Under the pieces are notes generated by a model that worked only from the letters and a program-made list of their open reading frames with translations, was not told where the DNA came from and did not search any database. Shown here piece after piece: positions 19,440 through 31,398 of a DNA stretch of 64,000 nt. Within the stretch, counting starts at the first letter, position 1. Each line of letters begins with the position of its first letter. Position numbers and translations under genes: made by a program. The stretch is from Candidatus Obscuribacterales bacterium. Its GTDB lineage: Bacteria; Cyanobacteriota; Vampirovibrionia; Obscuribacterales; Obscuribacteraceae. Location of the stretch: NCBI GenBank assembly GCA_965228855.1, contig CBDDIJ010000003.1, positions 2,752,001 through 2,816,000 of the forward strand, given 5' to 3'.

Positions 19440-21932
19440 CTACTTTGCCATCATCTGAAGCAGAGACTTTTCGAGAGCCTCCACCGACTCTTTCTGGCGA
19501 TAGACGCGATGGACGTTTTCCTTGATCTGCTTTCGCAAGTCTTCACGGTAGTCCTTATCCTCTGCCAATTTAACCGCCGCGTCGACGTATCCATCCATCG
19601 AATCAACAATCGTGCTTGTCACCCCGATTCCTTCAAGAACACGGGCAGTTTGCATCGAACGCATGAATTTACCAGGCAGGGTGACTGGAACAATTCCTGT
19701 CTCCAAAGCCTCCAGTGTCGTCATCAAGCCGGAATTGAGAGGCGTATCGAGGAATACATGCCCTGACTCGCAAAGTCCGAAGTACTGGTCGTGAGATAAC
19801 TCAGGTAAGAACACGACATATTCTTGCGCGTTCAAACCGTGCTTCTCAAACGCTTGCGTCATGCGGTTCATCAGCAAAGGCGCTAAACGTGAATTTTTCC
19901 GACCGAATATGAATTGAGCGTTCGGCACCCGTTTAGCTATCCTCGGTAAAAGTTCATCATACTGCGGCAAATACTTATGCAAATGCTGGAGGCAGAGAAA
20001 GAGGGTCGAATTCGGCTTGACTCCTAGCTCCTGCAGGTCCACTTCACGAGGTTTTACACCGGCCGGTTCGTAAAACGATCCCAACCCAGGTAGACGAGTT
20101 ATGCTCTCCGAGTAGTGTTCATGGGCATCTTGCGGTTCCATCAATTCACTAACAAAGTAATGGTCTATTGTCGGCAAGCCCATCGTGATCGGGTGTCCGT
20201 AGCTGGCACACTGGACTGGAGCCAATTTCAGAGAGGCTAAACGGTATGTGTGCGACTCCAAACCAAGACCCGGATAGATGAGAATATCCTGACCGTCAGC
20301 AATAATTCGATCTCTCATCGATTCGAACTCCGAGAGTTCAACATAGTGCTCAAATAGCTCTCGCGCTTCCTCTGTTGATTTATCGCGATAAGCATTGGTC
20401 GAATATGCAGTGACTTCAAAGCGCGACTTGTCGAGTTGTTTAGCCCAACCGCGAATGATGCATTTATATACGGTATGGTCGTGGAACTGGTGAGAAACAA
20501 TGCCGACTCGCACTCTTCGAGAGGTAATCGGCTTCGGCGTGGCGAAATCCGAACATTCCGGTTTATGAGTAAGACTCGCCGAGTCGCAACACGCGCTGAT
20601 AGCAGATCCGGAGCACTCAGGATATAAGTGAGCCATAACGTCGCAGGCCAAACTTCCGAGAGTTCTCTGTAAGTCTTTAAAATTCCTGTCGTGAAGAATC
20701 AGATAGAAGGGCGTGATAAAACGCATGGCATCAGCTGTTTCAGCAGCGTATTTATCAAGGTCGGAACGAATATGTTCGACCAGCGAATTGACCGAGCTTT
20801 CGTAAAGATCGAACGAGTTCGAAATCTCGTCGTCCTCCTCATAGAAGCACTTTAGCTGGGTCATGGCCAGACCCCAGCGGGGAGTGATTGCAGCAGGTTT
20901 TAACTCCTGCGCTCGAGCAAAAGCCTCATGAGCCTCTGCATCGCACTGGATTTGCGTGAGCGCAACAGCCAGGTCAAGCCAACCTTCATAAAGATCCGGG
21001 GCAAGCATAACCACTTTATCGAGAACTTCAACGGATTCTTCAAAACGACCAATCAGATTCAGAGCCTGACCATAGTTTCTCAAAACATTGATGTCATCCG
21101 GGTTTTGACGAACAAGTTTCGCCAGGGTCTCAACAGCCTGGTCATGTTCGCCGGATTGCGTTTGGAGCACTGCAAGATTGTTTCGTGCTTCACCGAAATT
21201 TGGTTTGAACCTTACCGCTTTCTCGAGATGCTTCTTGGCCTCGAGAAGCTCGCCTGCACTGGTCAATGCGACGCCAAGATTATTCTGCAACTCGGCAGAG
21301 GACGGTTCAATCGCCTCCGCCATCTTATAGTGCTCAATTGCCTCGTTGAACTTGCCCTGATCCGAATAGCAAGTTCCAATCTCGCACCGGGCCTGAAAGT
21401 GCTTGGGGTCAAGCTTCAGCGCCCTTTCCAGGGAGTCGACGGCCTCGTCATACCGCTTCAAACCGCGAAGAGACAGCCCGAGGTTGTAGTGAACATCGGC
21501 ATAATCAGGCTGAATTGTCGCAGCCTTTCGATAGTGCTTAACGGCAGTTTCCAAATCGCCGCTGGCTGCAAATGCCGCAGCCAGATTGAAGAATGCGGGA
21601 AAACACTTAGGGTCGACTTCTATTGCCTTTGCGTAATAGAACTGAGCGGCTTTCATATCGCCGGCGACTTTAAGCAGCGTGCCAAGGTTGTTCAACAAGG
21701 CAACGCTGTCAGGCATAATATCGACGGCTTGCTTGCTGCAATTGATTGCGGCAGCCAGACTTCCTTCCTGATAATGAATCATGGACATCAAGTGCAGCGC
21801 ATCGACATTGCCGGGATCGCTGGCGAGAACTTGCTTCACGACGCCCTTGGCGTAGTCGATTTTGCCTGCAGCGATTTGCTGCGCCGCAACCTGCAATGAT
21901 TGGTTGGCGTTTAGATATCGTGGTGTCGTCAT
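19440..21932 (-). CDS. TPR-containing O-linked glycosyltransferase (GT41, OGT/SPINDLY-like)
   Basis: About 10 TPRs followed by RVGIVS..F..H.V, LAPVQ...GHP.T.G.PTIDH, KYLP, FLDTP..SG..T.LEAL. Confidence 0.88.
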   Translation of the reverse strand: MTTPRYLNANQSLQVAAQQIAAGKIDYAKGVVKQVLASDPGNVDALHLMSMIHYQEGSLAAAINCSKQAVDIMPDSVALLNNLGTLLKVAGDMKAAQFYYAKAIEVDPKCFPAFFNLAAAFAASGDLETAVKHYRKAATIQPDYADVHYNLGLSLRGLKRYDEAVDSLERALKLDPKHFQARCEIGTCYSDQGKFNEAIEHYKMAEAIEPSSAELQNNLGVALTSAGELLEAKKHLEKAVRFKPNFGEARNNLAVLQTQSGEHDQAVETLAKLVRQNPDDINVLRNYGQALNLIGRFEESVEVLDKVVMLAPDLYEGWLDLAVALTQIQCDAEAHEAFARAQELKPAAITPRWGLAMTQLKCFYEEDDEISNSFDLYESSVNSLVEHIRSDLDKYAAETADAMRFITPFYLILHDRNFKDLQRTLGSLACDVMAHLYPECSGSAISACCDSASLTHKPECSDFATPKPITSRRVRVGIVSHQFHDHTVYKCIIRGWAKQLDKSRFEVTAYSTNAYRDKSTEEARELFEHYVELSEFESMRDRIIADGQDILIYPGLGLESHTYRLASLKLAPVQCASYGHPITMGLPTIDHYFVSELMEPQDAHEHYSESITRLPGLGSFYEPAGVKPREVDLQELGVKPNSTLFLCLQHLHKYLPQYDELLPRIAKRVPNAQFIFGRKNSRLAPLLMNRMTQAFEKHGLNAQEYVVFLPELSHDQYFGLCESGHVFLDTPLNSGLMTTLEALETGIVPVTLPGKFMRSMQTARVLEGIGVTSTIVDSMDGYVDAAVKLAEDKDYREDLRKQIKENVHRVYRQKESVEALEKSLLQMMAK

Positions 21933-22214
21933 AATAGCTACCAGACTCGAATTCCTTCGTATGCTAGCGCTTATCTTCCACCATCCCATTAAGTGATTAT
22001 CAGACTTGCAGAGCAAGTTTCGCCCCTGCCACCATATACGATGGCAGTAGACTCGCAGTAGATTCGCAGCGCCAGTTGAGAAAAGGGCACAGCTAATGCC
22101 GTGCCCTCCGTTTATCTTGTATGTAAGCTTTCCGGCGCCAATATAATGAGTCGAGCTAACGATCTAAGTGGCGGTTGCGAGGAGCCGGACGCTCATGAAA
22201 ACCAGCTTTGCCGG

Positions 22215-22577
22215 TCAGGTTCCTACTTGAGGAATGTGCTTGCTCCAGTCAGCTCCGAGATTATCGAAAAACTGATGGGCGCAGAGGACATCATCGTAGG
22301 TGATTTTTGGTTTATCTGACAAACGAGCTTTGTCACGCTTAGTCCATTCACCAAAATTTTTCGGTTTACAACGCTCTCGTCTAGGACTGGTCCCGACAAT
22401 CGCCACCCCCAGGGGGTTCCCGCAGGAATTGCAGGTTACTCGTACAACTAGTACGCCTGGCTCTTGTCTTAACAGCTCTATACCATCCTCACGGAATGGT
22501 CGAGAGCAAAATCTGCACGATTTTTGCTGAAAGTACTCTTGTATAGCCTGGAATCCACCACCATGGTCAGTTCCCAT
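22215..22577 (-). CDS. Small Zn-ribbon-like hypothetical protein
   Basis: CRFC...CNSC pairs in a 120-aa ORF. Confidence 0.7.
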   Translation of the reverse strand: MGTDHGGGFQAIQEYFQQKSCRFCSRPFREDGIELLRQEPGVLVVRVTCNSCGNPLGVAIVGTSPRRERCKPKNFGEWTKRDKARLSDKPKITYDDVLCAHQFFDNLGADWSKHIPQVGT

Positions 22578-22828
22578 GTATCCGCCACTTCTAGGTTCGC
22601 TTTGCGAACTGTAAGATCACACAACCCAATTTTTTGTTATTGTAATTAGCTCGACACGAAAGTCGGACCACAATCATTTTCGTACCAATTTATTCGGTGC
22701 CGGAAATGACAAAGTGATCCGGTGCTTTAGGATTATACTTCAAGCGCAAAAAAATGCATCAGCAACATTTGCGTTTTTCGAAAAATTCTCCTGATAAAAA
22801 TGGACAGTGATACCACCCATGGAGCTAA

Positions 22829-24160
<1,332 letters not shown>

Positions 24161-24256
24161 ATCAACTCTATTGAGTAGCTACCAAATGTCCGATGATCAT
24201 CTCGATCATCGGACATCCTTTTTTACCCCTGCTTCTTCTCCATCGAGAAGAACTGA

Positions 24257-25030
24257 CTATTCTTTGCGTTCGCCCTGCGCGATTGTGTTGACCGCTCCTA
24301 CACGCGTAAGAACGGAAACCGTGCGATAACGACCTACGTAGCGGCCGTCCATATATTGGTCGACATAGCTTTTGCAATCCAAACGATCGGTTCCGGTCTG
24401 CATGAAGTGGTCACGTGATCTGGAGGCCCAGGAGCCGTTCATTCCTTCGCCAAAATAATAGCTCGTGCGATCGGTCTGCGCTTCTCGGCTGCTCCAGCTC
24501 ATTGCTGACGCCTGTGTCTCGGTCCAGCCCGGTTGAGCCCAGCGCGCAACAACTCTTCCGCCCGGAACTTCAACGAAACTCACTTCGCTTACCAATTCGG
24601 TTCCGACAGCTACTGTGTCGACCGCAGAGTCGACAACACGGGTTACACATTGCCAGCGTCCGGAATAATTCTCGGGGAACGAGTTCGGAGGTGGAACCAC
24701 CTGACCGGCGTTTGGACTACGACCGTAGGCTACTGTGGGCGCTTTTCCAAGGCTGGGTTGTCCATTACCAAAACTTTGAGTCTGAGTGGGCGCTACCTTT
24801 ATAGAAGGTTTGGCGACCTCGTCCGCGATCGGAGCACCACCGGTGGTTAATATCTGAGGGGCGTCCACCGCATCCGGTACAGCACCTCTGGTGGTATCAC
24901 CAGAGCCATTATCCATATCGATTGCTTCGATATGTCCATTCAGCAATGCCGCATTTGCAGGGCTGTTTGACAGGACTCCTATTGTCGATGCCGCCACCAT
25001 AATGAACAAACCTGACATAAGGTTCTTCAT
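24257..25030 (-). CDS. Secreted hypothetical protein
   Basis: Signal peptide ending ANA-A, then a beta-rich C-terminal domain (GRWQC...CKSYVDQY). Start uncertain. Confidence 0.72.
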   Translation of the reverse strand: MKNLMSGLFIMVAASTIGVLSNSPANAALLNGHIEAIDMDNGSGDTTRGAVPDAVDAPQILTTGGAPIADEVAKPSIKVAPTQTQSFGNGQPSLGKAPTVAYGRSPNAGQVVPPPNSFPENYSGRWQCVTRVVDSAVDTVAVGTELVSEVSFVEVPGGRVVARWAQPGWTETQASAMSWSSREAQTDRTSYYFGEGMNGSWASRSRDHFMQTGTDRLDCKSYVDQYMDGRYVGRYRTVSVLTRVGAVNTIAQGERKE

Positions 25031-25428
25031 TTTCAGTTCGGTACCAAATAGGGTGTCATCAAATCGCTTCATGGGTTTCAAAATATCACAAGATTATCCG
25101 GGTTGCCAAAATTATCATGCCCTTGAAAGCGCACACTTAGACCTATTCTGAATTTCATCCAGAAATCTTAAGCTTTCCACTTGACAATAGCAAGTTAATC
25201 CTTGTGTTTGCAACAAGTCTTCTAAGAGCATCGGTTGTACGTTCTGAATAGCATTTATGAGTGGTAACATAGCAGCCTACGTGGTCCTTTCAGCCCTACA
25301 ACTGGGCTTTGAGCGGTTTCGCCTCAGAAGAGACGATTGCAACCGACATCATAAAACCCCGACAGATGGCTGTTTCGACCTCAGTGGTATTCTTCCCACG
25401 ACAAAAGTACAAAACGTTATAGAGGTAG

Positions 25429-26709
<1,281 letters not shown>

Positions 26710-26733
26710 GCTCAGCTACGAACTAGAAGCTCT

Positions 26734-26765
26734 AAAACGCCGGACGCTATGCGACCGGCGTTTTT
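26734..26765 (+). terminator. Intrinsic terminator after ahcY
   Basis: aaaacgccgg...ccggcgtttt hairpin with a T tract. Confidence 0.8.
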
Positions 26766-26922
26766 AATTCGCGCGCAAGGTGCCGATTCGAACTCGCGCC
26801 CAACTGAACTAGCACCTTCACGACTCCTTTACTTTACAAATCACTGCTTAACCAACTGCGGTCAAACTAGGTGGTGTTACCTCCGCAAAAACACACCGTA
26901 TAAACGGCAATACCAAGCGACC

Positions 26923-27213
26923 ATGAGCCAATCGCACAAACAAAACCTGCCAAAATCTGCCGCACATCCGTCAGCCCATGAGGTTCAACATACGCTGGTC
27001 ATCGGGCTGGCTATAGTCTTACTAAGTCTTGTGTCTCTATTCATGTATAACGGTGTAAAAGAATTGCGCCTCAGTAAGAACAATCATGAGCTTGTCAGGC
27101 GTCAGGCGATCATGCGAAAGCACAACCTTGTGCGCCAGTACGATCGAGATCACGATAAACAGATTAATCAGGACGAGGCGAACTTCGGAGCGCTTAACTC
27201 GTATCAGTTTTGA
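26923..27213 (+). CDS. Small membrane protein with an EF-hand-like loop
   Basis: TM helix LVIGLAIVLLSLVSLFMY and loop DRDHDKQINQDE (D1, D3, D5, I8, E12). Confidence 0.55.
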   Translation: MSQSHKQNLPKSAAHPSAHEVQHTLVIGLAIVLLSLVSLFMYNGVKELRLSKNNHELVRRQAIMRKHNLVRQYDRDHDKQINQDEANFGALNSYQF

Positions 27214-27357
27214 GAGTGAAACAGATCGACCGCATCGTCTCAATGAACTCGACAAAGGCGGTTTCGCTCGATTGACCAGCTAATCTAACAATCGAACAAG
27301 TTTCTTTATCTCCAATGCCGGGACGGCGTGCACTAGTTCTAACTCTGCAGTAGAAAC

Positions 27358-27387
27358 GAAAAGACGCGAGTCATTCGAAACGCGTCT
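27358..27387 (-). terminator. Probable terminator after the rpaB-like gene
   Basis: agacgcg...cgcgtct hairpin with an adjacent A-run (T-run on the minus strand). Confidence 0.5.
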
Positions 27388-27416
27388 CGTCTTCAATTTG
27401 ATTGTGGACCGGATTC

Positions 27417-28175
27417 TTAATTGATCTTTTGGAACATGTATCCGATTCCGCGTGCGGTCAAAATGAGATCCGGATTCGACGAATCTTCTTCGAGCTTCGA
27501 TCTCAATCTACTGATGTGAACATCAACAACACGTGTATCAATTCGATGGTCGGGAGGATATGCCCAAACTTGCTGAAGTATCTCGCCACGCGAGAACGGT
27601 CGTCCCGAATTGGTTACGAGAAGTTCAAGCAGACTGAACTCCATGCCGGTCAATCTGATCCGTTCATTCTTTCTCGTGACCTGTCTCTTATTAAGATCGA
27701 TCTTCAGGTTGCCGATAGTAATGACATTTGTACTTTTACTTTGTCCGGCCTCTTGCTGGCGCTCCACAGTCCGACGGAGAACTGCCTTGATACGGGCTTC
27801 CAGCTCGCTTGGACTGAACGGTTTGACGACGTAATCGTCAGCACCAATCTCTAATCCTTGTATTCGGTTTGATACATCGGCTACAGCCGTCAACATAATG
27901 ATAGGCGTATCGGAAGTCTTGCGGATCTCTCGGCAAACTTCATAGCCGTCCATCTTGGGCAACATAACGTCGAGAATCACGAGGTCCGGTTGAAAACTGT
28001 TGAACTGATCAAGAGCTTCTTGACCGTCAGCAGCCGTCGCCACGTTGTACCCGGCCAATTTCAAACGAGTTTCGAGAATACGCCGAATTGACGCTTCGTC
28101 GTCGACCACAAGAATCTTCTCTTGATCGTTATTAGTTTCAGTCACTACCCTACTCTCTTCAATGCTTCCAGACAT
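27417..28175 (-). CDS. rpaB: OmpR-family response regulator, RpaB/Ycf27-like
   Basis: EKILVVDDEASIRRILETRL and LTGMEFSLLELLV...DTRVVDVHISRLRSKLEED..NPDLILTARG.GY.FQ match cyanobacterial RpaB as I recall it. Confidence 0.82.
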   Translation of the reverse strand: MSGSIEESRVVTETNNDQEKILVVDDEASIRRILETRLKLAGYNVATAADGQEALDQFNSFQPDLVILDVMLPKMDGYEVCREIRKTSDTPIIMLTAVADVSNRIQGLEIGADDYVVKPFSPSELEARIKAVLRRTVERQQEAGQSKSTNVITIGNLKIDLNKRQVTRKNERIRLTGMEFSLLELLVTNSGRPFSRGEILQQVWAYPPDHRIDTRVVDVHISRLRSKLEEDSSNPDLILTARGIGYMFQKIN

Positions 28176-28997
28176 CTTTTGTCCTTTGATTATCCTGACT
28201 GTGCCAGAGCGAGTTAAGTCCGAAATCCGCATGACACCTTAGCAACCGCAAGGCAGCGGAGGCGGACCTGCCGCCCTTGAGTATATAACATCAAACGATC
28301 GTTCTCATAAGATGAACGAAAAACAGATTCTTATCCGCATCTCAAATTCGCTAGGCCCTATAAATGCTCGTCTATTTTGCCAAAATTAACAGCAATTTAT
28401 CTCAAATAGCGACACCTTCATGTGGGCGCGGCGTCCCTGCACAACATTCTTAGAACGCACTAACAAAACGGCTGAGTGAAGAGCTCACCTCAATTTTGGC
28501 GACATTACAGATGGTGCTCATCGTTCAACTTTGGTTATCGCTACTGAATGACAACTGTCCTAAACCGCCAAAACGTCTGATATGCGCAGTAGCCCTTTTG
28601 GCACACCAACATATTCAAAGTACGCATAAAACCGCATCAGAAGCGCTATGGATCAGTTTCCAGAGACGCTGGCAGCACTACCCCCGATACCACCCGCGGT
28701 TACAACTTGACATGCCGATAAACGCCCAAAACAGCACCAAATACGGTTGTCATTTGCCAGTACGCAACAACGCGCAACATTCATCAGCACTCGATTTGAC
28801 CCGTCCCAGCCCGGTTTTAGAGGCATCGGTAAAATCTGCGAAAACTCTGTGACTCGTCTTAAAAAAGGTGAGTGCATGCCGTAGCCAGTCATGTTACTAT
28901 GCTGACCTGGTCGGACCAGTACCGATTAACTTACTAGTTTGCATTTTTAGACTCGAGTCGTTGAGATAGTTGTCGGGAGACATAGAGGGAGAGTGGA

Positions 28998-31343
28998 ATG
29001 AATAAGCCTACGTTGAGCTTAGCTCTGAGCGTATCACTGGCGCTCGCACAGGCTGGATGGCAAGGAGCGCAGTCGAAATCCAACGCCATTTGGCAACAAA
29101 TGTCGGGGACAAGTGCTGCGAAGAAAACTGCGCAACCAGCTAAAAAGGTTGCTGCTAAAACATCGCCGAAGAAAGTCGTAGCGAAAACGACGAAGCCTTC
29201 ACCGGCGGTATCACCTAATACTATTGATGAGAGTCATGCTCTCCTGTTTTTCCCAGGGAAGGACAAGAGCGCAGCCGCCATCAGTGGCCCGGTACCTAAC
29301 GCAGCTCTCTCAATCCATCCGACACTGCCGACGAATATCGAGACGTCACCGCTTGCTGAACCAGCATCGACTGCACCCTCTACCGATACTTCGATCAGCG
29401 AAATTCCGATTGACGAAAATCTCAAAGCGATTGAATCAGCTCCGGCTCCAAAGAGAAGCAGTGACCTCATTGCTCAGTTCAACGCCGACAACGTAATCGC
29501 TCAAGCGGACTCCTCCTCAGTGACTGCCAGCCCGATACCACCTGTGGTGACAGGCACAGTTGACTTCGAAGAGTTCAAACCGACTAACGCGATCGACTTG
29601 AAGGTTTCAAGATCAAGAACCTTTAAATTGAGAAATAAAGTTGTTCGTACCTCTATAAGCGATCCCGGCGTAGCCGAACCCGTAATCGTCGCTGAGAACC
29701 AGATGGTTCTCCTCGGCAAGTCCCCGGGTAAAGCAACACTCGTTCTCTGGGACGACGCTGGTAACTCGTCGGCTATCGACCTGCGCGTATCGAAAGACTA
29801 TACAGGTCTGCAATCGACCCTCCGCGAAATCGACCCCCGCATCATCGTCAAGACCTACTCGGTCGGCGGTTCGGATCGTCTGATTCTCCTCGGCGATGTC
29901 GACCACGTCGAATCAGTCATTCGTGCATTCGCAGCAGCGAACGTATATATGGATGACCGCGGCATGAACATTCAAGTCGCGAACAACCGCCTGATGGGTA
30001 CCCGTATCGGTGAAGTCGGTGCACAAGGTTCGTCGTCACAAGGTGGTCAGTCCGGACAGCTCGCGCAGTTGAATTCCGTCGATAAATACACCTTCTTCCC
30101 TAACTACAACAACAACGTGAGCTTGGCTCAAGGCATCACCTCAGACGGTGGTCGCGTAACCAGTCTCATCAAAGTCCGTAAAGTGCCGTTGATCGCGTTG
30201 CACGTCACGTTCATGGAAATGAACACACTGGCTGCTCGTTCACTCGGTTCGACGGTCGGTATCAACTACTCGGGAGCCGGATTCGGTTTCGGTATCGGTG
30301 GTTCGCCGACCGGTGTGGGTGCTCTGCCAGCCAACACAATTTTGACGTCGATTCCAGGCTCCTATAACCAGTTCTCGACATTCGATCCGGCAGTCGGTAC
30401 CGTCGACGGAGCTCCTGCAGCTTATTCGACCGGTCCGGTGTCCTTTGTCAGCCCGACCCAGTACACCGCCGGCTTGAGCGGTATCGGTTTGCCAATCTTC
30501 GCGCAAGCCTCTCAGTTGCTGAGTCAGCAGGTATTGCTCGGTGCACCTGGTGGTGCGTCATTCACACCTGGCGGTCTGGGCACTCTGTTCAACGCGATTT
30601 CGAACTTCGCAATTGCCGACCGTTACAGATTCTCGATTCAACCAAGAATCATCGGCTCGATCACTCACAACCGTGCTCGTATTCTCGCCGAACCGACTCT
30701 AGTAACTATCTCCGGCGAGCGGGCTTCGTTCCTGGCTGGTGGCGAAATCCCGATTCTCCAGTCTATCGCGACCGCAGGCGCCGCGCTGGCCTCCGTCACG
30801 TTCGAACCATTCGGTCTCAGAATCAACATGATTCCTGTGCTGATGGAAAACGGCATGATCAACTTAGAGATCTCGCCTGAAGAACGTATCGTATCCAACA
30901 CTTTCGCATTCAACTTCCCGGGCACAGCCACCAACATTCCTGGTTTCACTACCAGAAAGGCTCAGACCATCGTGGAAATGAAGCCAGGTCAGGAGCTCTT
31001 TATCGGTGGTTTGATTACCACCAACAACGGTAGAGAACTCAGCAAATATCCGATCTTCGGTGAAATCCCAGTTGTTGGAGCGCTATATCGCTCCAAAGCC
31101 TGGAACAAAAACGAGAGTGAACTCGTTGTGTCCGTAAGACCGGAAGTAATCCTGCCAGGCACACCTGGACAACTCAAACTTCCTGAAGAAATCGGGCGGG
31201 TTGAAGGTCCTCGTGACATGAACATGTTCCAAGTCGAACCGACTGTGATTGACGAACGTCACTACACCTCGGGTCGCTCGGAAAGACACCAAAAGACTTC
31301 ACCAACATTGCCAGAAGGCGCTCCGATTCCGGACAGCAGATAA
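28998..31343 (+). CDS. CpaC/RcpA-like pilus secretin (copy 1)
   Basis: Signal peptide, pilus N-terminal domain (SISDPGVAEP..LLGKSPGKATLVLWD), secretin signature ILAEPTLVTISGERASFLAGGEIP and PIFGEIPVVGALYRS. Confidence 0.88.
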   Translation: MNKPTLSLALSVSLALAQAGWQGAQSKSNAIWQQMSGTSAAKKTAQPAKKVAAKTSPKKVVAKTTKPSPAVSPNTIDESHALLFFPGKDKSAAAISGPVPNAALSIHPTLPTNIETSPLAEPASTAPSTDTSISEIPIDENLKAIESAPAPKRSSDLIAQFNADNVIAQADSSSVTASPIPPVVTGTVDFEEFKPTNAIDLKVSRSRTFKLRNKVVRTSISDPGVAEPVIVAENQMVLLGKSPGKATLVLWDDAGNSSAIDLRVSKDYTGLQSTLREIDPRIIVKTYSVGGSDRLILLGDVDHVESVIRAFAAANVYMDDRGMNIQVANNRLMGTRIGEVGAQGSSSQGGQSGQLAQLNSVDKYTFFPNYNNNVSLAQGITSDGGRVTSLIKVRKVPLIALHVTFMEMNTLAARSLGSTVGINYSGAGFGFGIGGSPTGVGALPANTILTSIPGSYNQFSTFDPAVGTVDGAPAAYSTGPVSFVSPTQYTAGLSGIGLPIFAQASQLLSQQVLLGAPGGASFTPGGLGTLFNAISNFAIADRYRFSIQPRIIGSITHNRARILAEPTLVTISGERASFLAGGEIPILQSIATAGAALASVTFEPFGLRINMIPVLMENGMINLEISPEERIVSNTFAFNFPGTATNIPGFTTRKAQTIVEMKPGQELFIGGLITTNNGRELSKYPIFGEIPVVGALYRSKAWNKNESELVVSVRPEVILPGTPGQLKLPEEIGRVEGPRDMNMFQVEPTVIDERHYTSGRSERHQKTSPTLPEGAPIPDSR

Positions 31344-31398
31344 TTGCTGGACTCGCGTAATTAGGGCAATTAGTTAACTGAATCAGAGGGAGAGTGGA

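Noticed and set aside
20928..21899. 323-aa antisense ORF, and similar antisense ORFs over ahcY, gcvPB and gpmI
   Set aside because: They lie fully antisense to well-supported genes and have no motifs of their own.
28496..28892. ORFs 28496-28852 (+) and 28653-28892 (-) and an HLR1 RpaB box in the long intergenic region
   Set aside because: The ORFs have no protein-like features. Only isolated TTACA half-sites were seen, without the correct direct-repeat spacing.
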